Below are positions 16,013-25,246 of a DNA stretch of 64,000 nucleotides, in pieces; the stretch's first letter is position 1; every line of letters begins with the position of its first letter. A model generated the notes under the pieces. The model was not told the DNA's origin and did no database searches. It was given only the letters and a program-made list of their open reading frames with translations. Source of the DNA: Bacteroidaceae bacterium. Its GTDB lineage: Bacteria; Bacteroidota; Bacteroidia; Bacteroidales; Bacteroidaceae. The translations under genes and the position numbers were made by a program. The DNA is taken from positions 3,115 to 67,114 of the forward strand of contig JAILKU010000108.1 of NCBI GenBank assembly GCA_024693505.1. The letters run 5' to 3'.

Positions 16013-19000
16013 CTACCGGATCAGGATCTTCTCCGACCGGATGCCGTTTGGTGTGCGCCGCACCTGGATATACATTCCCCGGCGCAGGGGCAGGATGACG
16101 CGGCGGCCGCTCATGTCGTAGTAGTCCTGGCTGAGGATGACCTCGCCTGCCGTCTGTCCGTCCACGCCCAGTCCGTCACCCACCGTGTAGTGGAGCGTCA
16201 CGACCTCGCTGTCCTCCATGCCCTCCCGGACGGCGATGGCCTGAATCGTCATCTCGCCCGTTATCTCCACCGGTCCGGTATACGTCAGGCGGGTCCCGGA
16301 GTCGCAGGGGCAGCTGCCGTCGGTCGTGTAGTAGATCGTTGCGCCGGGCGTCGAGCTGAAGAGCATGACGCTGGAGCCCGGTCCGACCACCGTGCCGTCG
16401 GCGATATTGGCAATCGGGCGCGAGACGATGCCCGTCAGGCTGTACTTCACCTCCACCGTGGCCCTCGCCTCCATGTCCGCCACTGCCAATACGATGTCGG
16501 CCGTGCCGGGCAGGATACCTCGCAGTGTGACTTCTGCCCGTCCTGCCTCGTCGAAGGTAATCTCGGATTCCGCCTGCTCCAGGATGGGCGTCAGGATGCT
16601 GAGCCTGAGCGTCCGGCCTGCCACGGCCTGCGCCGGGCTGGCAAGAACCTGGACGGTTCCCTCCTGTCCGAGCCCGATGGCGGCACCTTCCTCAACGAGA
16701 AGGCTCTCAATCGCCGTGCGGACGGGCAGAACGGCTTCGTAGTCTGCCTGCATCGGCGTGCCGGCATAGCTCCGCGCTCCGGAGGGGACGATGAGCTCCA
16801 CCTGCTGCGCAGTTATGGTTTGCGACGGGCGGAAACTGACGTGGTCCGCGCGGCCCTGCTCTCCGTTCATGGCCTCCAGGGTGCCCGCGATGATGTTCCC
16901 GTTCTGCTTCACGCTGACGGAGCCCAGGCTCGCCATGTCCATGAACCGGGAGAAGCGGATCGTGACCTGCTCGGGCGTGGCCTCGGCTGCGGTCACCTCG
17001 GGCGCGGTGCGGTTCACCATGCTCACGGCGATGTCCAGCTGTGGCGGCGGCACGGGAAGCCAGTCCGTCTGCGCGGGCTCGTAGCCGGGCTTCTGGAACC
17101 GAACCTGCCAGAGTCCGCGGGGCACGTTCCACATGTAGATGCCTTGTCCGTCGGTGGTTTGGGGGTTCTCCTGCCCGAATTCGGCAGCATCCCACATCTG
17201 TTCTGCCCCGCCCTCGGCCGGTTTGTAGTAAATCGTGGCGGTGGCTCCCTCCACGCGGTTCGATGCGACGCCGTCGTAAACGTAGCCCGAGGGATCGACG
17301 ATCGGCGTGACGGGTTCCGTCTTCGGATGCTTGGTGACGTGGGGCTTGAGGTCGCCACAGTCGTACGAGGCTACGATTTCGCTCAGCAGTGCCCTAGCTT
17401 TCCCGCGCCAGTCATTCCACCACTCCTCCGTCCAGGTATCATAGTATTGCTTAATTCCCTTGAAGTCCTTCGGCAGGGCCTGATTCATTGCCTCGCCTGC
17501 GATCCAGCCCATCGCGTCGGATACAGCGTTTTCCAGAGCATTCGTAACTTGCTCCACGCCGCCCAGTTTCTCGGATATCTTCCCCACCTTCGCCATCACT
17601 CTTCCGCCCTTCCCGACGGCGAGCTTTGCAAACTTGCCTCCGGCCACGTCGATCGCCTGTCCGACCATATACTGCCCGATCGTGAATTCCACGGCGCGTT
17701 CGAAGAGCTTTCTCACGGCCGGCATTTCCTCATTAACCATTTTGTCGGCATCGTATTGCAGCCTGCCTATCTGATCCCCGAATCTGGCTTGCAGCCCGGC
17801 CGGCACGCGCGGCTCTCCATTGATGCAGACAGCTGCCAAGGCGGCTGCCAGGACGCGTAGATTGGATTCGCACCATTCCTCAATCGTGATCAGTCTGTTG
17901 CGCATCTCTATCCGGTACGCGTCGCTCAGGTCCAAATCGTTCAGGGCGTCGAGTCCGTTCTGTATCGGATTGAGCATTTTTGACACCTCGCCGACGCCGT
18001 TGATGACGCCCAGGGCACTGACGCGGAACTTCCCGTTCGGCTTCATGGGCGCGGCGGCCGGTTCGCCGTAGACCGCAATCTCGATGCTCATCGCCTCGTG
18101 CGCGTTCAGGTCCACCGTGAACAGCTTCAGGCTCTTCCCGTCGTCCTCCACGCATGTCGTCATTCCGTTTCCATAGCGGATGAACTGATGTTCGCCCCGC
18201 AGTGCCAGGATTGCGTCCGCATCGGCCACCTGCGCCGTAGCCCGGAAAGTCAGACCAGGCTGCCCGGCGCTCGTAAAGGTGAAACTCACCCGCTCTTCTG
18301 TCTCTTCGAGCACCTCGCCGGGCTGCAGCGTTTTGTCGTATCCCACGGCGAGGGCGTCGCTCAGGGCAACCAGCGACTGACATTCCGAACGGAGCAGCGC
18401 GCTGCGGTCCTTGGGATTCCGGCCTATGTAATCGTAGCTGAAGACGACAGCTTCCGGCGCGCGATACGAGCCGTCGAAGTCCGCCGTGGCAACATAGGTC
18501 TGCGAAACATCGTCCCAGACGGCCGGTATCTCATATCCCAGTCCGTCACTTGCCCCCACGATGAAGACTTGGTTAGTTTCATTTTCCGGTTGCGGATTCA
18601 AGAGCCTTGCCTGGAACGTCGTACTCGGGGACTTGTCCGGAACGATGCTGTAGAACTTGGGCGTAATCGTGCCCTTCTGCATATTCCACGTGATTCGGTG
18701 CCCCTGATATACCATGGACACGGCCTGAAGCATCGATGCCTGCCTGTCGTACGTGATGTGGCTCGTCTCGGTCATGATGGCCTGTCCGCCGTTTTCGATC
18801 TTGGCATACACGGCATGGTGCGTGTCGTCGCAGTCCGGCGTCAGCGTCACGTCGGCCTCGAACCGGCCGTCGCTCTTCGCGGTGGTCCTGCCAATCACCT
18901 TTTCGCCGTCATAGAAAGTCACTTGGCTGCCGGCGAAGGCATATCCGTGAGGATGGACTTCCGGAACATTGACGATGGACAGCAGGTTCAGGCTAATCCC

Positions 19001-21934
19001 CTCAACGGTCATGGTCGCGCTGCCCAGGGGCTGGATGATCTGTTCCCCGTTCATCATGTACCGCACCGTGGCGTTAATACTGAAAGTGCCGGATGCGTCG
19101 GGCGCCACCGAAATCCTGACCTGCTCGTCCGGATGATATGGCACGACAATCCGGTGACCGCCCTCGCTGAGCTGACTCGTCCCGTCCATGCTGATGAGGG
19201 AGCCTTCCTGATAGTGAACACCCTGGGGCATGTCGATTTGCAGCCGGACGCTCTCCGCCTTGGCCGCAATCTCGGGCTTGAATACCACCTTCGCCTTCAG
19301 GGTGCCCGTCTGCATGAGCGTGATCGAGGGGTCCTGAGTTGCGAAGTAGCTGCTCTCGTCCAGTTGCGACAGTACCGCGTCGTCCAGCTTGTGAACCCTG
19401 ACCCCGTATTCGCGCATCGTGCCCGAGGTCATCACAATCTCGGTCCGCGCATAGTCCGCCCCCTCCTTCAGCTTACTGTCGCGGAGGTCGGACAGGGTGG
19501 CGGCGAAGCTGAAGAACTGATTCTCCTCCATCGTGACGACCGTGTAGTTCCCGTCGGGCAGACCGCCGACCTCGATGACGCTGCCGCTGTCCGGGAAGCG
19601 CCCGACTTTGGCCCCGTCGGCATTGAAGACGATTGCCATTATGCCACTCACGCCGTCGTCGCGCAAGCATCTCATCCGCGATATACCATATTCGCGTATC
19701 GTCAGGGATGTTTCGATGTTTCCTTCATCGTCGGCCGATGCCTCTGTCACAGCTTCTCCGAACCGGTCACTGCGGCTGGTGGCCCGGATGACAATAACCT
19801 GACCCGGTTCGAAGCGTGTCTGGCTGAAGGCGAGGATACTGTCCTGGCAGACACCGTCGGTGAACGCCTTGCCGGATAGTTTGTCGACGGCTTCTATCTT
19901 CACGTCGCTCAGCAAGAGCCGCGCCGATTCCGATGTTGACGGCACGAAGCTGTACGAGAGCCTCACGACTGAGCCGCTCAGGTCGAGGCTTCCCATGTCG
20001 ATGTTCCCGTTCGGCGTCATGTGCAGGCTGACCGTGTTTCCGCCCGCCGCAACCGTGATGCTCCCGTCGGGGATCGCTTCGTACATGTTCAGACTTGCGG
20101 GCAACCCCACACTGTAGCTGACGACAGTACCGGGCGTCTGGGCATCCAGGACCGGGCCCACGCCGATAACATTCCCGTTGCCGTTGCGCCAAACGATGTT
20201 GCATTTCCCGGCAACGTCAACGCCGTCGGGCGTCAGGATGCTCATTTTCACCGTAACCAGATCCTGAGTACCGGCTTTCAGCGGCTGGATGTTAAGATCC
20301 TTCCACACGTCGGTCTGTTTGTATGCCTGGACGGCATCTTCCGGAACGCGGACTATCAATTCCTGCACGTTGTTGAACATCTTGGAAAACAGAGCTGCCG
20401 AAACCTGCGGCGGAACGGGAGCATAGAGATCCAGTTGCTCCAGCGCCATGCAATATTCGAATGCTCCGTCCTCGATTCTTTCCACACAGGCCGGTAGCGC
20501 CACCTTCCGGAGTTTCATCATATAGGCGAAGGCCCGGTCGGGCACCGTCGTGAATCCGTAGCTCTTGCTCATGTCCACTTCCTCGCACCCCGTGAACAGG
20601 GCCATCATGAAGAACATTCCGGGCGGGGCCATCACGGTTACTTTCTTCACGTCCTGCGCCGTGCCGGTAACCTCGAAAAGCTGAGATGCGGCAATGAGGA
20701 TGCCTCTGGGGGGAATCAGATCGAAAACTACCTCGCCCGTCGCCGGATTGTATGAATTGGCTCCCGGATCATAGGGACTTTCGGGCTGGAAATCCGAACT
20801 CAGTGCCCGTCTGACTTCCCGGGCGCGCTTCAGGGCAGTTCCGATTTCGCTTCTGCCTTTCCGGCGGATTTCTGCCCAGTCTGCGTTCCAGTTGTCGTCG
20901 TCCCATTCGTCGTCACCGCCCTCGTCAACGTCGGGGAAGTCAATCGTTCCCTCTGTGCGTCGTCCGCTGGCGGGAAATGTCAGTTTCGACAGCTCGCCGG
21001 CCTGAACGAAGAACGGTTGTCCCGGTGCCAGCACCACGTTGTTATGTTCGCCAGTCCGAATTGTACGGTATCGCTGGTCGTCAGCATCCCAGACATACAG
21101 AACTGCCTTCTCGGGTATCGCGCTGACATCATAGTAAGTGGGATACGGGTTGCCCAGCATGTTCCAGTCAGCATTCGTGGCCCGGTCACTCTGGAAGTGC
21201 CTCAGCTGGACAGTAACGTCGCCGCTGCGGAAGATATTCTGCTTCGTTTCGTTAAGAACGGCGGGCAGAACTAGGGCGTAGTCGTCCTCCGTCTCAACAT
21301 AGGTTTCCCAGTCTATCCCGCTCGCGTTCTCGAGGTCATTATAGTTTCTCATGAATATGTATCCCTCGCCCGCGCGGAGTGTTTCGCCCGGCCGGACATC
21401 CACCCAGGTGGCTTCTGCCTTAGCTGCCGCGCGGTTTGTGCCGTCGTAGCGGCGTATCACCCAGTTCCCGATGCCGCCCTTTATGTCCTCGACCCTGACG
21501 TCGTAGGGCACGCTGAAGAACATCCAATCCTCGGACCCGGCGTCCTTGAAGCGGTACTCGATATTGTCCGCCTCGACCTCGGTGCGCATGTTCAGAAAGC
21601 TGGCTATCCTGTAGATGCGGCCTTTTTCCTCGAACGACTCGTAGTCGTACATCGCATCCCAGTCGAAGAAGCTGACCGGGAACCTGAACTTACCGATCCG
21701 CCACCGCGGCGTCGCGGGCGCATCCAGGATTATGCTGCCCATCGAATATACATATTCCCCGGATTCCTCGTCGAAGTAATCGCTGTTCGTGAAGCTTACA
21801 TCGGAACCCTGATATGGGGAAACATCGGTGATGGTTGTAGGACGGTCGATGACAAGTCCCTCTCCGTCCTGCTGCGCCGTAGCCGGCAATGCCGATATTG
21901 CCGCCGCGAGCATGATTAAGCTGTTTCTCTTCAT
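16013..21934 (-). CDS. giant T9SS-secreted multidomain surface protein (BspA-type LRR, Ig-like domains, CHB_HEX_C-like domain, T9SS CTD)
   Basis: 1973 aa counted from ATG 21932-21934 (MKRNSLIMLAAAISALPATAQQ); a -7 box at 21966-21973 excludes the longer ORF. LRR segment VPDRAFAYMMKLRKVALPACVERIEDGAFEYCMALEQLDL. Motifs DPSGYVYDGV and GATIYYTTDGSCP..YTGPVEITGEMTIQAIA. C-terminal YYDMSGRRV...GMYIQV...KILIR. Confidence 0.85.
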   Translation of the reverse strand: MKRNSLIMLAAAISALPATAQQDGEGLVIDRPTTITDVSPYQGSDVSFTNSDYFDEESGEYVYSMGSIILDAPATPRWRIGKFRFPVSFFDWDAMYDYESFEEKGRIYRIASFLNMRTEVEADNIEYRFKDAGSEDWMFFSVPYDVRVEDIKGGIGNWVIRRYDGTNRAAAKAEATWVDVRPGETLRAGEGYIFMRNYNDLENASGIDWETYVETEDDYALVLPAVLNETKQNIFRSGDVTVQLRHFQSDRATNADWNMLGNPYPTYYDVSAIPEKAVLYVWDADDQRYRTIRTGEHNNVVLAPGQPFFVQAGELSKLTFPASGRRTEGTIDFPDVDEGGDDEWDDDNWNADWAEIRRKGRSEIGTALKRAREVRRALSSDFQPESPYDPGANSYNPATGEVVFDLIPPRGILIAASQLFEVTGTAQDVKKVTVMAPPGMFFMMALFTGCEEVDMSKSYGFTTVPDRAFAYMMKLRKVALPACVERIEDGAFEYCMALEQLDLYAPVPPQVSAALFSKMFNNVQELIVRVPEDAVQAYKQTDVWKDLNIQPLKAGTQDLVTVKMSILTPDGVDVAGKCNIVWRNGNGNVIGVGPVLDAQTPGTVVSYSVGLPASLNMYEAIPDGSITVAAGGNTVSLHMTPNGNIDMGSLDLSGSVVRLSYSFVPSTSESARLLLSDVKIEAVDKLSGKAFTDGVCQDSILAFSQTRFEPGQVIVIRATSRSDRFGEAVTEASADDEGNIETSLTIREYGISRMRCLRDDGVSGIMAIVFNADGAKVGRFPDSGSVIEVGGLPDGNYTVVTMEENQFFSFAATLSDLRDSKLKEGADYARTEIVMTSGTMREYGVRVHKLDDAVLSQLDESSYFATQDPSITLMQTGTLKAKVVFKPEIAAKAESVRLQIDMPQGVHYQEGSLISMDGTSQLSEGGHRIVVPYHPDEQVRISVAPDASGTFSINATVRYMMNGEQIIQPLGSATMTVEGISLNLLSIVNVPEVHPHGYAFAGSQVTFYDGEKVIGRTTAKSDGRFEADVTLTPDCDDTHHAVYAKIENGGQAIMTETSHITYDRQASMLQAVSMVYQGHRITWNMQKGTITPKFYSIVPDKSPSTTFQARLLNPQPENETNQVFIVGASDGLGYEIPAVWDDVSQTYVATADFDGSYRAPEAVVFSYDYIGRNPKDRSALLRSECQSLVALSDALAVGYDKTLQPGEVLEETEERVSFTFTSAGQPGLTFRATAQVADADAILALRGEHQFIRYGNGMTTCVEDDGKSLKLFTVDLNAHEAMSIEIAVYGEPAAAPMKPNGKFRVSALGVINGVGEVSKMLNPIQNGLDALNDLDLSDAYRIEMRNRLITIEEWCESNLRVLAAALAAVCINGEPRVPAGLQARFGDQIGRLQYDADKMVNEEMPAVRKLFERAVEFTIGQYMVGQAIDVAGGKFAKLAVGKGGRVMAKVGKISEKLGGVEQVTNALENAVSDAMGWIAGEAMNQALPKDFKGIKQYYDTWTEEWWNDWRGKARALLSEIVASYDCGDLKPHVTKHPKTEPVTPIVDPSGYVYDGVASNRVEGATATIYYKPAEGGAEQMWDAAEFGQENPQTTDGQGIYMWNVPRGLWQVRFQKPGYEPAQTDWLPVPPPQLDIAVSMVNRTAPEVTAAEATPEQVTIRFSRFMDMASLGSVSVKQNGNIIAGTLEAMNGEQGRADHVSFRPSQTITAQQVELIVPSGARSYAGTPMQADYEAVLPVRTAIESLLVEEGAAIGLGQEGTVQVLASPAQAVAGRTLRLSILTPILEQAESEITFDEAGRAEVTLRGILPGTADIVLAVADMEARATVEVKYSLTGIVSRPIANIADGTVVGPGSSVMLFSSTPGATIYYTTDGSCPCDSGTRLTYTGPVEITGEMTIQAIAVREGMEDSEVVTLHYTVGDGLGVDGQTAGEVILSQDYYDMSGRRVILPLRRGMYIQVRRTPNGIRSEKILIR

Positions 21935-21965
21935 GAATATATGAATTTTAAAGTGATTTCGGGGA

Positions 21966-21973
21966 CAAAGATA
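21966..21973 (-). promoter_or_regulatory. candidate -7 box (TATCTTTG on minus strand) for the giant gene
   Basis: The plus strand reads CAAAGATA, about 30 nt upstream of ATG 21934. Confidence 0.4.
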
Positions 21974-22101
21974 CGGTGTTTTTTCCATTCCTGCAACTCC
22001 CCGAATGTAGGAAATTGCCGATACTGTGCGCTGGGCGGCGGTTTTTTATGCTCTTAATCCAATTTAGGGCGTTTTGTCTTTGATTTTCCATGTTTTCTTT
22101 T

Positions 22102-22109
22102 TAATTTTG
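22102..22109 (+). promoter_or_regulatory. candidate -7 box (TAATTTTG) for the GH140-like gene
   Basis: TAATTTTG 24 nt upstream of ATG 22133. Confidence 0.4.
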
Positions 22110-22132
22110 CAGGAAAATTGAGCAATTTCTTC

Positions 22133-23941
22133 ATGAACAGCAACAGAAACATCCTCGCCGTTGCCTTTTCGGCAATATCCGGATTGGCAGCAACCCATTC
22201 CATCGCAAATATCAGTAGTTCCACCCCGCAGACTATTTCGCAGCCAGATTTCAGGGATGTTCCCAATCCCGGACATCCCGATCCGGTACAGGTTTGGCAT
22301 GTCCTGGAACTCAGACTATCCTCCTCGACGGACTACAGCGCCCACGGCGCCGACGATATTGACATCGACGTGCGCTTCGTGCATGAACGGACCGGCGAAG
22401 TTCTCGTCCGGCCGGCGTTTTGGGATGGCGGCAATCTCTTTCTTGTCCGCTTCGCCCCCACTTTGACAGGCCGGTGGTCCTGGACGACCGTCTGCCGCCG
22501 TGATGCGTCGCTCCACAATCTGAGCGGCGAATTTCGCTGCGTGCCGTATAGAGGCGAACTGGAAATATACCGTCGCGGCTTCGTGAAGGCAGTACCGGGA
22601 CTGAAATATATGACGTACGCCGACGGCACGCCGTTTTTCTATCTCGGAGATACCCACTGGGGCATGTACACCGAGGAACTGGACGAGCCCGGGCCTCACG
22701 CGGGGCAGAGCGGCGCAGTTTCGCATTTCAAACATATCGTCGACCGGCGCGTCGCACAGGGTTTCACTGTCTATCAGAGCGAACCGATAGGCTCTCCCTT
22801 TAATCTGACCGACGGACATGTCGACCAGGCAGATATCGAGGGCTTCCGGACGGCGGACATGTACTATCGGTACATCGCTGACAAGGGCCTGGTTCACGCC
22901 AACGCAGAATTCTTCTTCTCTGCCAACATGCTGGGTCCGATCATCGGCGACGACGCCGCGCTGCGAAGACTGGCACGCTATTGGGCGGCGCGCTTCGGCG
23001 CTTTCCCCGTAATATGGACGCTGGCTCAGGAAGTCGATAACGATTTCTATGCAGAGCGATCCCAGACTCCTCCGTACGACTGGACGGACAATCCATGGGT
23101 CCGGGTAGCTGAGTATCTGCATGCCGCCGACTGTTATTCGCATCCGCTAACTACCCATCAGGAGAACGCGATGCATACCTCCGTAACCGGAAAGGACGTG
23201 GAGTTCGACGCCGTCAATGCCGACGTTTTCGGTATGAGCGTTTTTGCCAGCGACGTCGTAGCCTGGAGAACCGGACATACCTTCTTGGCGGCGCAATAGA
23301 GCCCCGGGCTTACCGCTTCTCCCCGCCCGGACATGATTTGGGACTACTGGACTTCCAGTCGGCCCGCCGTGAACTACGAGGGACGATACTGCAATCTCTG
23401 GACCAAGGACTTCGGGTCGCGCGCCCAAGGCTGGATTTCGTTTCTTAGCGGATTCTGCGGCTACGGCTATGGCGCCATCGACATTTGGCTCTACCGGAGC
23501 ACGTACGACATAGCTCAGCCTTCGTTTGACGGCGTCGACTCCATCAGCGTCGATGACAAGCTCCGCCATTGGAGCGAGGCGGTGGAGTTTGAGAGTGCCC
23601 GCCAGATGATTCATCTGCGCCGGTTCATGGAGGGGATAGACTGGTACCGGCTCCGGCCCGTCCTGCCGCGTGACAGCGCCTTCGCAGCCCGCTCGGAGGC
23701 ATTTGTTTGCGCCCGCACGCCCGCCGGAACTCACGTCCTCTACTTCTATGCCCGGAACAGGAAGACCGGAACCCTGCTTCATCTGCGCCCGATGCAGCGA
23801 TACACAGTTCAGTTTTTCAATCCCCGCAGCGGCGCGTCGCTTCCCACCCAAACCGTTCGCGTTGATGCCGAAGGGAACCTCGAACTGCCCCAAAAGCCCG
23901 ACGAACTTGACTGGACGCTGACAGTTTCGCCCCGCCGGTAA
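22133..23941 (+). pseudogene. DUF5060-DUF4038 (GH140-like) glycoside hydrolase interrupted by one in-frame TAG
   Basis: ORFs 22118-23299 and 23333-23941 share a frame and are separated only by TAG 23297-23299. DGTPFFYLGDTHWGM and WTLAQEVDND are DUF4038-like. The C-terminal beta-sandwich continues after the stop. Confidence 0.7.
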
Positions 23942-23949
23942 ACGAAACA

Positions 23950-23970
23950 CCCCTCCCTGGTGGGGGAGGG
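23950..23970. terminator. GC-rich hairpin between convergent genes
   Basis: CCCCTCCC / GGGAGGGG, 8-bp stem with a 5-nt loop, directly after the stop at 23941. Confidence 0.45.
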
Positions 23971-24019
23971 GCGTGTCCGGCGGCGGGAACATCCCGTCCG
24001 TCCGCCGTTTTCACAATCT

Positions 24020-24985
24020 TCAGATATCCCTGGCCGCATTCATCCTCAACGGTTGCTCCACCGAGAAGATGAGGCCGTTGGCGAAGGGCGTTACCGGGGA
24101 TATCAGCGTTCCCATATACAGTCTTCCGCGCTTGCTCGATATGTACAGGACCAGCTCATGCCTTGCGCTGGACTCTTCGAACATGTTCATGGCCACGAAC
24201 ATCCTGCCGGCTATGCTGTAGGGCACAAACTCGAGCTGGTATCCCGAACCGGCCACCTCGACGTGCAGATTGGGATTCATTTCCTCCTCCGACAGGTCCA
24301 CTTGGTTGCCGTCGGAATCGTAGAATTCCATCCTGAAGTCGAAGAGGCATTGCTGCGGATTCAGATCTACCCGGTCCTGCGCCGGGCGGATAATACCGCC
24401 GCTGGTATTATTCACCCTCATCGTCCCGATGGCATAACCGTAGTAGGCGGCATCTTCGGGACGGCCCGTCTGGGCCTCGCCGTGGCCCTGGTCCTGGCTC
24501 TTCATTATGCTTCTCTGCCACCAGGGTTTCAGGCCCTGCCGCACCACCTGCCCGATGTATAGTTCCGCGTTCCAGTTCTGCGGAACGTAGTACAGTTCGA
24601 GCAGATCGTTTCCGTAGACTTCGCCCTTGAGCGTCCCGTCCACAGTAAGCCGGGCGGTTTCACTGCCCGCCTGCACCGGTTTGAGGCAACCGTCCATCAT
24701 TTTATTCCGGCTCCGGTTGAAGATGTATATCCTGTCATCCGGCCCGAAGTACTGAACCATGCTGCGCACATGTGCCATTCCGGCTCCTTGCTCCGAGGGC
24801 AGGAAATCGGCATCTGGGTTTTCCACTACTAGCGGCGCGTTCAGGGTTGCCGTTACTTCCATTTTCCATTCCGGCGGCACGGGCAGAGGCTTGGAATTTT
24901 CCTTTTCGGAACATCCCGCCAGGACGGCCGTCAGCAGCATCGCGGCTGCGAGCATACTCTCTTTACCTGTTTTCACGAATCTCAT
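24020..24985 (-). CDS. lipoprotein, fimbrillin-like (Mfa-like_1 type) paralog 1
   Basis: 321 aa from ATG 24983-24985 with lipobox LLTAVLAGCSEK. Clear paralog of 25247-26173 (FGPDDRIYIFNRSRNKMMDGCLKP vs FAPTDRIYIRNKTRRKLLNGCLKA). The fimbrillin-family call rests on pattern memory only. Confidence 0.55.
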   Translation of the reverse strand: MRFVKTGKESMLAAAMLLTAVLAGCSEKENSKPLPVPPEWKMEVTATLNAPLVVENPDADFLPSEQGAGMAHVRSMVQYFGPDDRIYIFNRSRNKMMDGCLKPVQAGSETARLTVDGTLKGEVYGNDLLELYYVPQNWNAELYIGQVVRQGLKPWWQRSIMKSQDQGHGEAQTGRPEDAAYYGYAIGTMRVNNTSGGIIRPAQDRVDLNPQQCLFDFRMEFYDSDGNQVDLSEEEMNPNLHVEVAGSGYQLEFVPYSIAGRMFVAMNMFEESSARHELVLYISSKRGRLYMGTLISPVTPFANGLIFSVEQPLRMNAARDI

Positions 24986-25045
24986 CTTTCCTATATATAT
25001 ATAATAATGTATAGTTCCTAATATCGGAATTGCGGACATGGCAAA

Positions 25046-25232
25046 CTGATGCCCGGCTGCGATGTTCCCGATTTCGGACTACAGATTTTGATGTCCGTTT
25101 ACGTCCATCCGGATTTCAGACTATGGATTTTGATATCAATTTTCGTCCATCCGGATTTCGGAATGGGGATTTTGATGCCCGTTTACGTCCATCCGGATTT
25201 CAGACTACGGATTTTGATGTCAAATTCCTCGC
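25046..25232. repeat. tandem array 2: about 4.5 copies of the 42-nt unit, inverted relative to array 1
   Basis: Units start at 25084, 25126, 25168 and 25210, plus a partial copy from 25046. The reverse complement contains TAGTCTGAAATCCGGATGGACGT, as in array 1. Confidence 0.85.
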
Positions 25233-25246
25233 ATCCCCCTTATGGA

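Noticed and set aside
23297-23299. The in-frame TAG as evidence of stop-codon reassignment (an alternative genetic code).
   Set aside because: TAG terminates several well-supported neighbouring genes (anSME at 2920-2922, the 3078 gene at 4275-4277, the LTA-synthase-family gene at 28768-28770). No other gene in the window needs TAG read-through.
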